In this document: positions 35,404 to 48,342 of the stretch, in pieces
How positions within the stretch are numbered: the stretch's first letter is position 1
Layout: the number at the start of each line of letters is the position of its first letter
NCBI RefSeq assembly: GCF_009914755.1
Contig: NC_060927.1
Source of the DNA: the human T2T-CHM13v2.0 reference genome, Homo sapiens
Reading direction: 5' to 3' (one strand)
Length of the DNA: 64,000 nt
Notes under the pieces: generated by a model
What the model saw: the letters and a program-made list of their open reading frames with translations, nothing else
Told to the model about the DNA's origin: nothing
The model's database searches: none
Made by a program: the position numbers and the translations under genes

Positions 35404-36417
35404 TCTTAGGATATGGTGAGCCTCACTCAGCTACACCTAACATTGGATTTGAGGCCGGCCCAAATTTGCACAGGCTGCTCCCCCAGTCGCAATCCCACTA
35501 CAAATTGCATTTGACTTCCTTTTTCCTAAATAACTTTTTCATTGTTTTAAAAATTCAATTGTTAAACATTTGTTTATGTATTGATTGTGCACAAATGTTG
35601 CTAGAATGTGATATGCCTTTTAGATCTTAAAATTTTATTCTTTCTTCAATTCAGAAACATTTTTATTACTTACCTATACTCTTTTTAAATTTAATTTTGT
35701 CCTGATCCGAATTTATACTTGTTAAATGGTTCAATATTATTTTAAATATGGTCAATCTAAGAATTAAACTGTCTTTTAAAAATTCATTAGAGTATATCTT
35801 TTTATTCTATGCTCTGATTCTTCCACTTTTTCTTTTCTTTAGAGCTATTTTCCTATATCTGGCCATGTATTTTCATTTTTGTTTGCAACTTATAGGAAGT
35901 ATTATTTGGCTGTACAGTATTGGAAATTGCAGTTCTGTTTTGTCCATGTTAGACATTTTCTCACGTGTTTTTTTCTTCATAGCTATATTTTGCATATTAA
36001 GAAATTTAGTGGCTTGTGAGAGGCAGGAAGCCATTGCCAAAATAATTTCTTAGGAAACAACTTCATTCCTTGTTCTCACCAAACACCAAGTGAACAGCCA
36101 TGTCTTTCCCCCAACTGGTCAGCCTTTCCTCTCTCTGTAATAGCTATGTGAATATTTTTGCTTTATCTAGCAGGCTCCCATGTTAGTGAAGCTGGATGTG
36201 TTTACTAAAGCTAACAGCTCCTCAGCTATTGCTAGTACAAGTTGGGTTAAAATCTACCCACATCAAGTGGATCTGAACCTGCCCCCTTCTCTGTCCTAAC
36301 TGTAAGCCACACATTGGCTGTAACTTTCTTGCTCTCTCTACCTCTTTCACTTGTATTCAGTTTTTCTGGCATCAAAGAGTTAGTGATGCACCCATGACAT
36401 CATTAGAAGTTATTTTT

Positions 36418-36722
36418 GCCAGGCAGGCATGGTGGTTCATGTCTGTAATCCCAGCACATTGGGATGCCAAGGCAGGTGGATCACGAGGTCAGGAGGTCAA
36501 GACTAGCCTGGCCAACATGGTGAAACCCTGTCTCTACTAAAAATACAAAAATTAGCCGGGTGTGGTGGCATGCGCCTGCAGTCCCAGCTACTCAGGGGCT
36601 GAGGCAGGAGAATTGCTTGAACCTGAGAGGCAGAGGTTGCAATGAGCCAAGGCCAAGCCATTGCACTCCAGCCTTGGCAACAGAGCGAGACTCTATCTCA
36701 AGAGAAAAAAACAACAAAAAAA
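36418..36722 (+). mobile_element. AluS (Sg-like)
   Basis: ggatcacgaggtcagg diagnostic. TSD agaagttatttt/agaagttacttt. Confidence 0.95.
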
Positions 36723-37244
36723 AGAAGTTACTTTTTCCTTGGCCATCATTAAGTCAAGAAAGGATTGGTGAATAGCATAGGAAAATATGATGATATCTTT
36801 TGACAGCCCAGATTTGTTCTCTTTCTCTCTTGACTTGAGTTTGCCCAGGTCTGTAGCTCTGCTTATCATCTTATCACTGCTTCCCAGATGGGCTTTACTT
36901 CTGCAGGTGTGAAATTGCTGCTGCTCCAAACTCTGTCCATCCTATCACAACTGCACAATACCTCCCAGAAATACCAAAAAGCTTCTTGCTTATTTGTTGT
37001 GCTCTATTTGTTGGGTCATTTCAGATAGCATTGGAAGACAAGGAAGGTAAATGTGGGACCAAGTCTCCATTTTGCTATGAAGTGATCCCCTTCCATTATT
37101 ATAAAATGCTCATAAACTTACACACAGAAGTAGCTATTTCTTCAAAATCCACTTTTGTGTCATTAATCATCTCAGCCCAGCAAAAAAAGTTTTAAAGTTA
37201 TATGAAAATAAAAGTTGATCACAGAGTTAGTGACCTCTATTTCA

Positions 37245-37649
37245 GAGCTGAGGAAATCCTGTGAAATCAAACTTCATATGCTATGACAGAAGTATGGGAT
37301 TTTAGTCATGCCCTCACTCCACCCACTCACGACTGGTAGCAATTGTTTAGAGTCATTTGTTACTGACTAGTGGCCTGACCCATTATCTTCACATTCCTGG
37401 AATTTGTGAAACAAACAATGTATAACCAATCAACAGTTTATGTCATTTTAATGGAAATTTTTAGTAAATAACTTAGGGAATTGCCTCTTCTTTCTCTTTA
37501 AAAATTCATTTACAATTGCTGCTAATGAGACTATATATTCAGAGCAACTTGAATGTATGCTCCCAGATTGCACCCCTCATGCTTGGCCCACATGAACTCT
37601 CATATATTTTGTTTTAATTTTGGCTCAGCTTCTTCCTTTTAGGTTGACA
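37245..37649 (+). mobile_element. MER34-family-like solo LTR (ERV1)
   Basis: cccattatcttcacattcctggaatttgtga...taaccaatcaa...gcaacttgaat...cttcttccttttaggttgaca. 5' boundary uncertain. Confidence 0.65.
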
Positions 37650-39265
37650 AAGACAAGTTGAACATGATGTATTTGATGAATGATAACCTTCTTTGGCATT
37701 GCAGAAATTGCCACACACACAGGCATACACACACACGTTTTGTAAATGATTACAAAATGCCATTCTTCAAAAGCTGTCATTCTGAAAAGCAGGTCTTTTC
37801 AAATGCTTGACATTTTAAAAAGTACAAATTGAATGATGAAACTGTTTTTAACCTTATATCAATATAGGCATTTGTTGAAAAGCAAATTGAGTGGTATGCT
37901 TGGTAAAAAGTGAAGATTATTAAAATGTTGAAGACTTTTAGGAATCCTCTAGCAGCCCTGGAGCCTATAGGAGGTCTAGCATGGACCATAACTGCGTGAA
38001 CAGTGAGTGTTATTCAAATCTGGACCAACCAATTCCAAGCAGTCTAAGGCTCCAATCTGTGGTCATGGCCCCCAGAGGAAAAAAAAATTATCATTCAACT
38101 GCCTTGTTATACAAATAACAAAACCGAGGTCAAGAGATGGTAGATTACAACGCAATTGCTAGTTACATTGTTATCCTAGATAAGAGTAACTCTTGTCTTA
38201 TTTCCTGATTCTTCCCCCAAGATACTTAGTGAGAGAATAGAGGACCTATGTAGACATCTTCCAGACAATCCAATCAAAGTTTTACTATCAAAACATTACA
38301 AATCCCATACCCAAAACAGAAGAATTCAAATGATCTCTAAAGTCCCTCACAGTGTGCAGTTCAGAGAATGAGAAACATTACTATGCTAAGGCTTAACACA
38401 TTGGAAAGGAGATTCTGAGAAGAATGAATTTGTTTTATCCTCATAATAAAGATACAGGAAATTAATTTGTTTTAGAAAGAAATGCTGATAGACCTGAAGT
38501 AAACACTGTTATGGAACTGTGTAAAGCCCTGAAATTGATTCTTTGTGCCGAGTTGTGTTAAGAATATAGATTGCACTACCTAATTCATTAGACAATTAAT
38601 ACAAAGATAAGGTTATATTATTTTGGACACTATTTGCAGAACTGACATTTACAAACTTCTGATAGCTAAATAAATTTGAGTTAAAAACAAAAGAAATATG
38701 ATAAAATACATCTGAGTTAAAAACAAAATAAATATAATACTATACAGTGAAATATGCTTATATAAATACACACTTGAGACAGATGATATCATACATAGAC
38801 TTAAATATATTTCAGAATCATCGTTGGGGTTTTGTTTTGTTTTAGTTCAGTTTTTGGTGGGGTAGTGAGATAAAGCCCCAGGAAAAAGAAAAATGTTAAG
38901 GAAATCACAAAGGAAATCCAAAATTAGGTTGCTAAGAAACCAACCCATTAGAGGAACAGGAAGTAATCCAATAGTGCAAACCTTACATCTTTCAATCAAA
39001 AGTTTCTGTATTATTCTTAGCCTGAATATCCCAATTAGCTATGCAGTGAAAAATAAACACATGACATTTAACAAACCAGGTCACGAGTGAGTGGTAGACT
39101 GAGAATCCCAATTTTTAACAACAACAACAAACCAACTTTGCTTTAAAAAAAGAAAACTTGAAAATAGATATACATAAAAATGTGAGGAGAAGTCATATTT
39201 ACATTGCTATTGGGGGTAGGAATGAATTAGGTGCCAGATAACATTGTATTTCAAGATAAGGACCA

Positions 39266-39681
<416 letters not shown>

Positions 39682-39849
39682 TCAGCTAATTCAGTCAATT
39701 TAAGACACAAAGGATTTAAACAACAGATGGCTGGTTAAACTATATATATGTATAATATCTGTAAGCACAGATTGTACTTTCTTTTCAAGAGACTACCAAC
39801 TATTCAATTTTAAGATGTCTATTAAGCTATGACACCAATTAAAAGTGTT

Positions 39850-41450
39850 TTAAAGAGGAAAAAAGCAATTATCTCCATAGATGTAGAAAGTTATTTTATT
39901 AAATTTGATATCAGTTCTTGATGAAAACTCTTTTTTAAAAAAGTAACAGTTGCTATTTTAACATGGTAAGTATATATGTCAAACCAAGATATATATATTC
40001 TAAAATAAAAGTTGGCAACATGCTTGTCATTATGTAATGGGAGCATTCCTGTTAAATACGGAACATGACAAGTAAACATTTTATCACCATTAACAGTGAA
40101 GAGCTTTGAAGAGCTTCCAGGAGTGTGCTCCAATGCAATTACACAAGAAAAAAAAAAAAAAGCAAGCTCTGCTAGAATTTAAGTTCCATTAGGGTCATGA
40201 TTTGTCTCTAATTCAATACATATTTACTGACTTAATTTTCAAAGTAATAAATGAAGACAAAAAAGGCAAAATCATCTATATTTGAAAATTACTATGATCA
40301 TTTATTTAAATACTCTAGAAATGCAACTAATAAGCAATTAGATCTAAGAGGGGAATTCAATATGTTGGCTGGTTACAAAGACATAAATAATTCACAAAAA
40401 ACTTCTAGAATTTATATGAAGATGATTTTAAGACTCTTAAGGCAAATGAAGAATATTTGAATAGATGGCATAACATACTTAATTTGAAGCTAGATGGAAT
40501 TCATATTTTTAAAGTAGCAATTAAAACTAAGTTAATCAATAAATTTGATCTTTAACTATTAAAACTGAATGTATATTAAATATAAAAACTGGAATAAGTA
40601 AGAATAACCAGGAGCAAGGATACATCCTGTCAAGTATAAAATATTTCAGTTAAAAGAGTTTGTTAATATTTCCGGAATACATTCAGTAAAACAGAAAGTA
40701 CAGAAATAGATTCAAAGAAAGATATAGCATAAAATGAAATTTGTACCTTAAATCAATGAAAGAAAATGGACGAATTAACAAACTGAGGAATAAAAATGGA
40801 GAATAATTAAAGTCAATTTACCATACTTCCAAAATAAAATGTTATAAACGATGATATATGAAAGGCTGAAAACAGAAGAAAATGTGTGAGAACTCAGAGC
40901 CATAACAAAATGAGAAAGTGAAGATGACTACATTCGTTTTAAAAGGTAACAAACATAATGTCAAAAGACCAATGATAAACAGGGAAAATTGCAGTTTTTA
41001 GCACACATACCTTACACAGGATTAATTCCAGTTATATGTATAATCAAACATACTCCTTGACATTATAAGAAAAGAAACAAATCCCATTTAGGAAAAAAAG
41101 GGGGGAAAGAATTTCAGAAGAAATTGTATAGAAAATAAGAAAAATAAAAGATATCTTTATAACATATAATAAATATTTAAACATTTTAATGCATTCACAA
41201 CTTTAAAATATGTATTAAATAACAATGAGACAGCACTTTTAACGAAACAGACTGACAAAATGTTGGTTATACAAGTGCTGGTAGACATGTGGAAAAACTC
41301 AGCCATCCAATATGGTAAGGGTATAAATTTTGCTTGGAAATTTGGCATTGTCTATTGCAATTTAAACTACACATTCTCTTTGACTTATATTTGGCTTATA
41401 GGAATCTTCCTTAGATCACATGTCCTGTGTCAAAGGCTGAATGTCATTTA
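39850..41450 (+). mobile_element. Ancient L1 (L1ME-like) ORF2 fragments
   Basis: atctccatagatgtagaaag...aaatttgata, aatcatctatatttgaaaattactatgat (RT region) and acagaaagtacagaaataga. Confidence 0.6.
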
Positions 41451-42249
41451 AGAGAAAGAACTCTCTCAATTTAAGCTACTCTAATGTAATTCTATATTTT
41501 AGTACAATAATATTGAAACACTAGGTCTTGTTCCTTAACCAAACCAAGGCTCCTATACAAAGGACATATTCCTAGGAGAGTGCTGAGCTTAGTCGGGTAG
41601 AGGAGTGAAGTTAATTTGGCATTTTCTCACCTCCAAAGACTTTAGCAAACTCACTTATAGTGGTAAAAGCCATTCTCTACTAAATAGCTAGAAGGCAGAA
41701 ATTGTCCTAGACATTACATACACATCCCTTCTAATCTTTCCATCACTCATCAGGGTAAATAATCTTATCTGCATATTTAAAACAAGGGAATTATCTTTTC
41801 ATGAGTGGAAGATAAATTTTAGACCCCACAGGAGAAGAGAGATGATAACATAGTAACCCATTTTGTGTATGAAGGGAGTGAAGGGTATTAGCATTCCAGC
41901 AATAGCTGATCTCTCCTTCTGAGCCTGGAGATAACTCAGTATCACCTTATGTTAATCTCTAGGTCAATGCAATTAGTTTCACCCTGAGAAAAACTGCTTT
42001 CTTTAAATTTATATAACTTAACACCACAAGCTAGAAGTCAGCAGAAGTTAAATTTCGATTTATAAAAGTATACTTTTAATCATCTTACAGTATAAAGAAA
42101 GAAGCTTAGAGGTTCTTTATACCAAAGCTAGGCAGAAGAAAATCTTCCTGAGTACAAGATTTGCTCAATGCAGTAGACTATTTCTGTGAAGAAGATCGGA
42201 TAATTCTTATTTATGAAAGTCTGGGTACCATTTAGGATATGTACAGCTA

Positions 42250-42700
42250 CAGAATCTTTAAATCCTTCAGACACTGGCTTCAGAAACAGGAACTTACAGA
42301 CTTATGTAAGAAGAAACAGAGGTGGAGAGTAGGTTCAGGACAACTTAACAGATTGGTTTGATGATATTAGAGCTTCCAGTCAGCTTCTCTGTGAACTTCC
42401 CTCAAGGTTTTAAAATGACTGCTAGCTAATAAGCATCATATGCTAAAAAAATAGAGTGGGTGGGGGGGATTTTAGATATGTATTTTTTCTTAAGAATAAA
42501 GACAATTTCCCAGACGTCCTCACAACACTTCCATTTATATCCCATTGACCAGGGTGGTGTTTCATGCCCCTATCAAAATAATCTCTGGAATAGCAAAATA
42601 ATCTCTGGTCAAGATTCTGGAATTCCCACAGGTAGTTCACTTTAATCAATATAATGTATGGGATTGAAGAGAAGCCCATAAAACACATATGGCCAAGCCT
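42250..42700 (-). mobile_element. MLT1-like MaLR LTR relic
   Basis: tttcccagacgtcctc...acttccatttatatcccattgaccag...tcatgccc. Confidence 0.5.
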
Positions 42701-44299
42701 GAGCAACTAGTATCCGAAAATCTCTCATTGCATCACATTTTTTTTTCAATGCAGAAGAGCAAATAATGACTCCTCAAGACATTTTTTTAATGTTTTATTT
42801 TTTCTATTTATTTCTCATATAATTCCTTGTGTAAAATTACTAAAATTGATGCATTTTCTTTTTTATTTTGGCACATTAAGTCTTATAAATATATCTTATA
42901 AAATTTCATAACTATTAAATTATTTCTCCTTCTTAATTTTTTGCCAGTAGGACCAAGATTGCTAGCATAATCCCCAAAGTAACTCTAATAGTTGAAATGA
43001 TAGTACATCCTGGTTGGTAAATCTCTTATATAAGTAAATAATAAAATATTACTAATTAGCTTTTTTATTCACTCTTTTGCAAATGAAGCTTTCAATTCAG
43101 GTGATTCCACAATCTCAGTTAATTTCAAAACCACAGAACTGAAGAAGCCAACTAATTTGGAAAAAAAATCTGTGGATTTATTTTATTTCTACTGATTGAA
43201 ATATATTGGGTTTTAGAGGAAATGTCTTTTAGTTCCAAATTATGTATATTGTGCAGCCTCTGTATGTATTTTCTGAGTGATTTAAATGAATTTGAATCAG
43301 CTCATTAGGTTCCAGACTGGTGCTGAACATAATGACTCATTCCTAAATTAATATTGTCTGCCCTGAACTACTCCTGTCTAAATCACTTTAATCACTGAAA
43401 AGATTCATACTTTTCAAAAGGATGGCCACATTCAAATGAATTCTGCAACAGTTCATTAGGTAATGATGTCATTTTTGTTCCCTGGGTCAGCAAATGTGTT
43501 CCTGCTTAGCTGTAAAAATGGACTGACTGTGAGCAGATAAACAGGTACTTTGTATGCATTTGACATTCATACATGCACAGAAGGGAGGCATTATGTTGGC
43601 ATGGAATGTTTCAATTTGGGGCATTGCTATGTTTCAGATTCAGCTTCCCCCAACCCCGCTTTTTCTTTCCTTTCTTAGCTTAGCAGCTGTATAGGACACA
43701 TGTTCCTGTCTTTCAGAAGCAGTTAGGTGTCAAATCCTTTGTCACATCTCACTGACATTAGGCCATTGAAAAGGAGTTTCTTACAGCATTCTAGCTGAGG
43801 CATAATATAAAGCAAACTCTTAGGAAGAGCACCATGTTTGACACTAAAATTCAATGGCACTCAAATGAAGGCTACTTCAGGAAGACCCTAGAAGCAACAG
43901 ACATGATCACAGCCTTATGGAATAGTAGGTTAGCAGGTAAATAATCTCAAACTTTCTCCTGTGCCCCTTGAAGTTGTCAGCAATGACAAGAACAAAATGA
44001 CAAACTGAATGTGCTTAGCAACTTAGCATATTGATGAGTTACCTTTGAAATCAACTCATCCAATGGTTCTGGAATGTGTATCAAAGAATAAATACGAGGC
44101 CAGTTCTATATGCATCACCAGGGGAAGAGTATTCCGCCTTATCCTAGGAGGTTCTCCTTCAAGTGAGAACCAAAAGAACTAGCAACTTAGCTCACAGTTC
44201 CAGAAGTAAGATAAGAACTTTAACTGTAGCCTCAATAGTGAATTCACTGATTGACTAATCTATTAATTCATTCAAAACATTTAGTATGTAAAACATCCA

Positions 44300-44442
44300 T
44301 GTGTTATTGAGTGCTTACCATGAGCTAAATATAAAACAAGTATTTTTTAAATATTCTGTCTCACTTTCTCTTTATAATAATTCTATGAAGCAAGTATTAA
44401 GAGTCACTATTTTAAAGATAAAGGTATTTAGAGATGTCATAT
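44300..44442 (-). mobile_element. MIR, left half (split by the provirus)
   Basis: tattgagtgcttaccatg...ataattctatgaag...ctattttaaagat...agagatgt. Continues at 49747. Confidence 0.65.
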
Positions 44443-45179
44443 TGTAATTGCCAAATGGGTTCTTCCTGCTTGCTGCACAAACAAAACCAATTCACTGAGA
44501 CCATGGTATTGCAATAAACAAAGAGTTTAATTAACACAAGCCCAGCCATGCAAGAGAAGGAGTTATCACTGAACTCAATCTCCCCAAAGGCTCAGAGGTC
44601 AGGGTTTTTAAAGGATAGTTTGGGGAGCAAACTAGGAAATGGAGGCTGCTGATTGGTTGAGGATGCAATCATAGAGATGTGGAAAACAGTCCTTGTGCAC
44701 TAAGTCTCCCTATGGATGGGGGCCACAGGACTGGTTGGGTCATGAGTCATAAGTCTGGCTGTGGTCAGTCTGGAAAACATTAAAACACTAATTTCCGGTT
44801 CTTAGTAGTGATGATATCTACAGGAACAATTGGAGAAGTCACAAATCTTGTGACCTTTGGTCACGTGACTCCTGAGTAGTAAGGAATTATAAACACTATG
44901 CCTACATCTTGGCAGAATTCAGGCCCCTCCCATAATTATAATCTTGTGGTATTTTATTATCGTACAAAGGCAATTTTAGGACAAGGAGAGAATCAGTTTT
45001 AGGGAAGGACTATTATCATCCTTGCTTAAAAGTTAAACTGTAAACTAAATTGCTCCCATGGTTATCTTGGCCTATACCCAGGAATGAGCAAAGACAACCA
45101 GCCTGTGAGGATAGAAGTAAGATAGAGTCAGCCATGCTAGATTTCTCTCACCATCATAATCTTTGCAAAGGCATTTTCA
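44443..45179 (-). mobile_element. LTR8A-like 3' LTR of a MER4-group ERV1 provirus
   Basis: tgtaattgccaaatgggttcttcctgc...ataatctttgcaaaggcattttca. Abutting purine tract on the minus strand (ccaagaagggaat) fits a PPT. Confidence 0.85.
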
Positions 45180-45614
45180 ATTCCCTTCTTGGGTTTCAGC
45201 ACACCTCAATCCTGAGGTGGGAGCTACAGAGATGGGAAAAGGCTGATGATGCTCTAACTTCTTTCTGCTGACAGAGAGTATAGCTGTGGTTGAGACTGGC
45301 CCTGGGGTGAGAAAAATGAAATCACTTTGCAGTTGTCTGCATGTATTCAGGGTGCCTGGTTGGGGTCCTAAGGTTTGTATGATAAATATTAATATTGTTA
45401 CGCACAGCTTTGGTACAGCACTTAAGTGAACAGTGGACCGTAAGACAAATAACGAGCCCTCAAATAAGGAGTGAGATTCTTAGCTTCGGGAGTCCATGTA
45501 GAACTTACCTGAAGTCTTGAGGCATCCAGGTGAGTATCCTCAAGAACTAATCAGATATGCAGTCATAAGCAGAGAGTCAAAGACAATGGACAAGGCTGGA
45601 ATCTAATAATAGGT

Positions 45615-46210
45615 ATAGTTTTAATTTGCATTTCTCTAATGATCAGTGATATTCAGCTTTTTTTCATATGCTTGTTGGCCACATATATGTCTTATTTTCA
45701 GAACTGTTTGTTCATGTCCTTTGCCCACTTTTTAATGGGGTTGTTTGTTTTTCTCTTGTAAATTCATTTAAGTTTCTTATAGATGCTGGATAATAAGCTT
45801 TTGTTGGATGCACAGTTTGCAAAACTTTTCCCCCATTCTGTAGGTTTTCTGTTTACTCTGTTGACAGTTTTTTTTTTCTGTGCAGAAGCTCTTAAGTTTA
45901 ATTAGGTCCCATTTGTCAATTTTTGATTTTGTTGTGATTGCTTTTGTTGTCTGTCATGAAAGCTTTGCCCATTCTTATGTCCAAGATGGTATTGGCTATG
46001 TTGTCTTCCAGGGTCATTATAGTGTTGGGTTTTACATTTAAGTCTTTAATTCATCTTGAGTTGATTTTTGTATATGGTGTGAGAAAAAGGACCAACTTCA
46101 ATCTTCTGCATATGGCTATCCAGTTATCCCAGCACCATTTATTGAATAGGGAGTCTTTTCCCCATTGCTTGTTTTTGTCATCTTTGTCAAAGATCAGATG
46201 GCTGTAGGTG
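45615..46210 (-). mobile_element. L1PA14-like element, inverted 5' segment (twin priming)
   Basis: Antisense ORF2 sequence (ttaatttgcatttctctaatgatcagtg...tcaaagatcagatgg) that directly precedes the sense part in L1 coordinates. Confidence 0.9.
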
Positions 46211-46980
46211 AGATACCATCTCACACCAGTCAGAATGTCTATTATTAAAAAGTCAAAAAATAACAGATGCTGGTGAGGTTGCAGATAAAAAGGAATCCTG
46301 ATACATTGTTGGTGGGGGTGTAAATTAGTTCAACCATTGTGGAAAGCATTATGGCAATTCCTCAAAGAGTTAAAAGCAGAGCTACCATTCTCCCCAGCAA
46401 TCCTATTACTGGGTATATACCCATGTGAATATAAACCATTCTACCATAAAAACACATGCCCATGAATGTTCACTGCAACACTATTCACAATAGCAAATAC
46501 ATGGATTCAACCTAAATGCCCATCAATGACAGATTGAATAAAGAAAATGTGGTGCATAGACACCGTGGAATACTATGCAGCCATAAAAATGAACAGATCA
46601 TGTCTTTTGTGGGAACATGGATAGAGCTGGATGCTATTATCCTTAGCAAATTAACACAGAAACAGAAAATCAAATATTGCACATTCTCCCTTATAAATGG
46701 AGCTAAATGATAGGAACTTATGAACACAAAGAAGGAAACAACAGACACTGGGGTTTACTTGAGTGGGGAGGGTGGGAGGAGGGAGAGGAGCAGAAAAGAT
46801 AACTATTGGGTACTGGGCTTAATATCTGGGTGATAAAATAATATGTACAACAAACCCCTGGGACATGTGTTTACATAAGTAACACACCTTCACATGTACC
46901 CTTAAATCTAAAATAAGAATTTTAAAAAGTCTTTATGAAAAATAAATAATAAAATCACTTATGAAAAGTTAAAATAAAAT
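46209..46980 (+). mobile_element. L1PA14-like element, sense 3' segment
   Basis: tgagataccatctcacacc onward. 3'UTR agcagaaaagataactattgggtactgggcttaat. A-rich tail. Confidence 0.9.
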
Positions 46981-48155
46981 TAATATGTGTATTACAGTAT
47001 TTTTCTGAAACATAATTTTTCTCTCTTCAGTTTTCCGTTTTTACCAAAGACAAATCATAGTAGGACAAGTTTCTTTGCAAAATCAGTTTTAGTCTTATTT
47101 TTCTTGGTCTAATTATTCACAGACAATGCAACCAGAATAATCATTTGCCATATAGGCTTGTTTAAATAGGCTTTGCTGGAACTTTTTCATAAGGAATCTC
47201 AGATTAAACCTTTTAAAAGCCTCCCAAGCCTAGCCAAGGATTTATCTGTGCCTGCAGATACCTGTATGAATTGGATGAATTCCTCTCTTCTTAAGGTCCC
47301 AACATAACTTAAGGTTCCTGGGTCTGTCAGAAAATGACATTTTCTAATCACCACAGGTCAAAACCCTGTACAGGACAAAGTATTAGGCCAGTCTCCCCAA
47401 GGGAATGTTATTGGCTTTATAAGTCCACCTCAATTCCTCAAAGTAGTCTGAATACATATCATTCTAGTCAAAGCCTTGGTAAATAAAAAACAAACAACAA
47501 CAACAACAAAAATCTAATTATATACTGTTACAAAGGAAACTAGATGCTTATTGAGCTTATACAAATAACTGTATTGCCATAAATAAAGAATACTTACAAA
47601 TAGTTTCCAAGTTCTGGAGAAATTAAGTAGACAGAAAGAAATATATTTTACATTTTGCCCACAAGAGTAAAATTTACTCAATAGCTTAAAAGCTGTAAAT
47701 ATCTCAAAAGTAAAGAAGCTTTTTGAGTCTAAAAACAAAACAAAAACTATCAGTAATGTTTCAAGCAAAAAGTCATAAAATGATTATTTCAGTTTTCTAT
47801 TAGTTCAGTCTGTGCAACTAACTCCTGTTCTGTGTTCTTGATATTTATGAATGCATCAGCCCTCCACGAGAATCCGGGAAGTTTGTTTTCACTATTCCAC
47901 TGGCACAGTTACTGAAGTTATCAGAAACCTGTATTCAAAAGTACCTGTTAAAGTCCTACAGCTGATTATAAAACCACCCTTTGAAGAGGATCAAAGTAAA
48001 ACAATTGTGGATGATGAAAGTCTCAGAATAGCCATTATTAATGATGCAATTGACATGGAAATTTTGATATTTTTATGGTGCATAATAATTTAACATAACA
48101 ATCATAATTATTACTGATAACATACGCTAAGTCACATCAGAATTATGGGAGCCAG

Positions 48156-48342
48156 AGCCAGGTGTGGTGGCACACCTCTGTAGTCCCAACTACTCAGGTG
48201 GCTGAGGCAGGAAGATTACTTGGGGCTAGGAGTTTGAGGCTGCACTGAGCCATAATCATGCCACTGTACTCATCTGGTGACAGCAAGACACTGTCTCTAA
48301 AAAGAAAAAGAAAACACAAACAAACAAACAAAAAACCAAAAA
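48156..48342 (+). mobile_element. FRAM-like Alu right monomer (or 5'-truncated AluJ)
   Basis: Single arm with ggagtttgaggctgca. TSD cagaattatgggagcc (48138-48153) / cagaattataggagtc (48343-48358). Confidence 0.88.

Noticed and set aside
38677-38746. Diverged 36-bp tandem duplication (tgagttaaaaacaaaa...)
   Set aside because: An old local duplication with no sign of function; the same applies to caaaataatctctgg x2 at 42574-42608.
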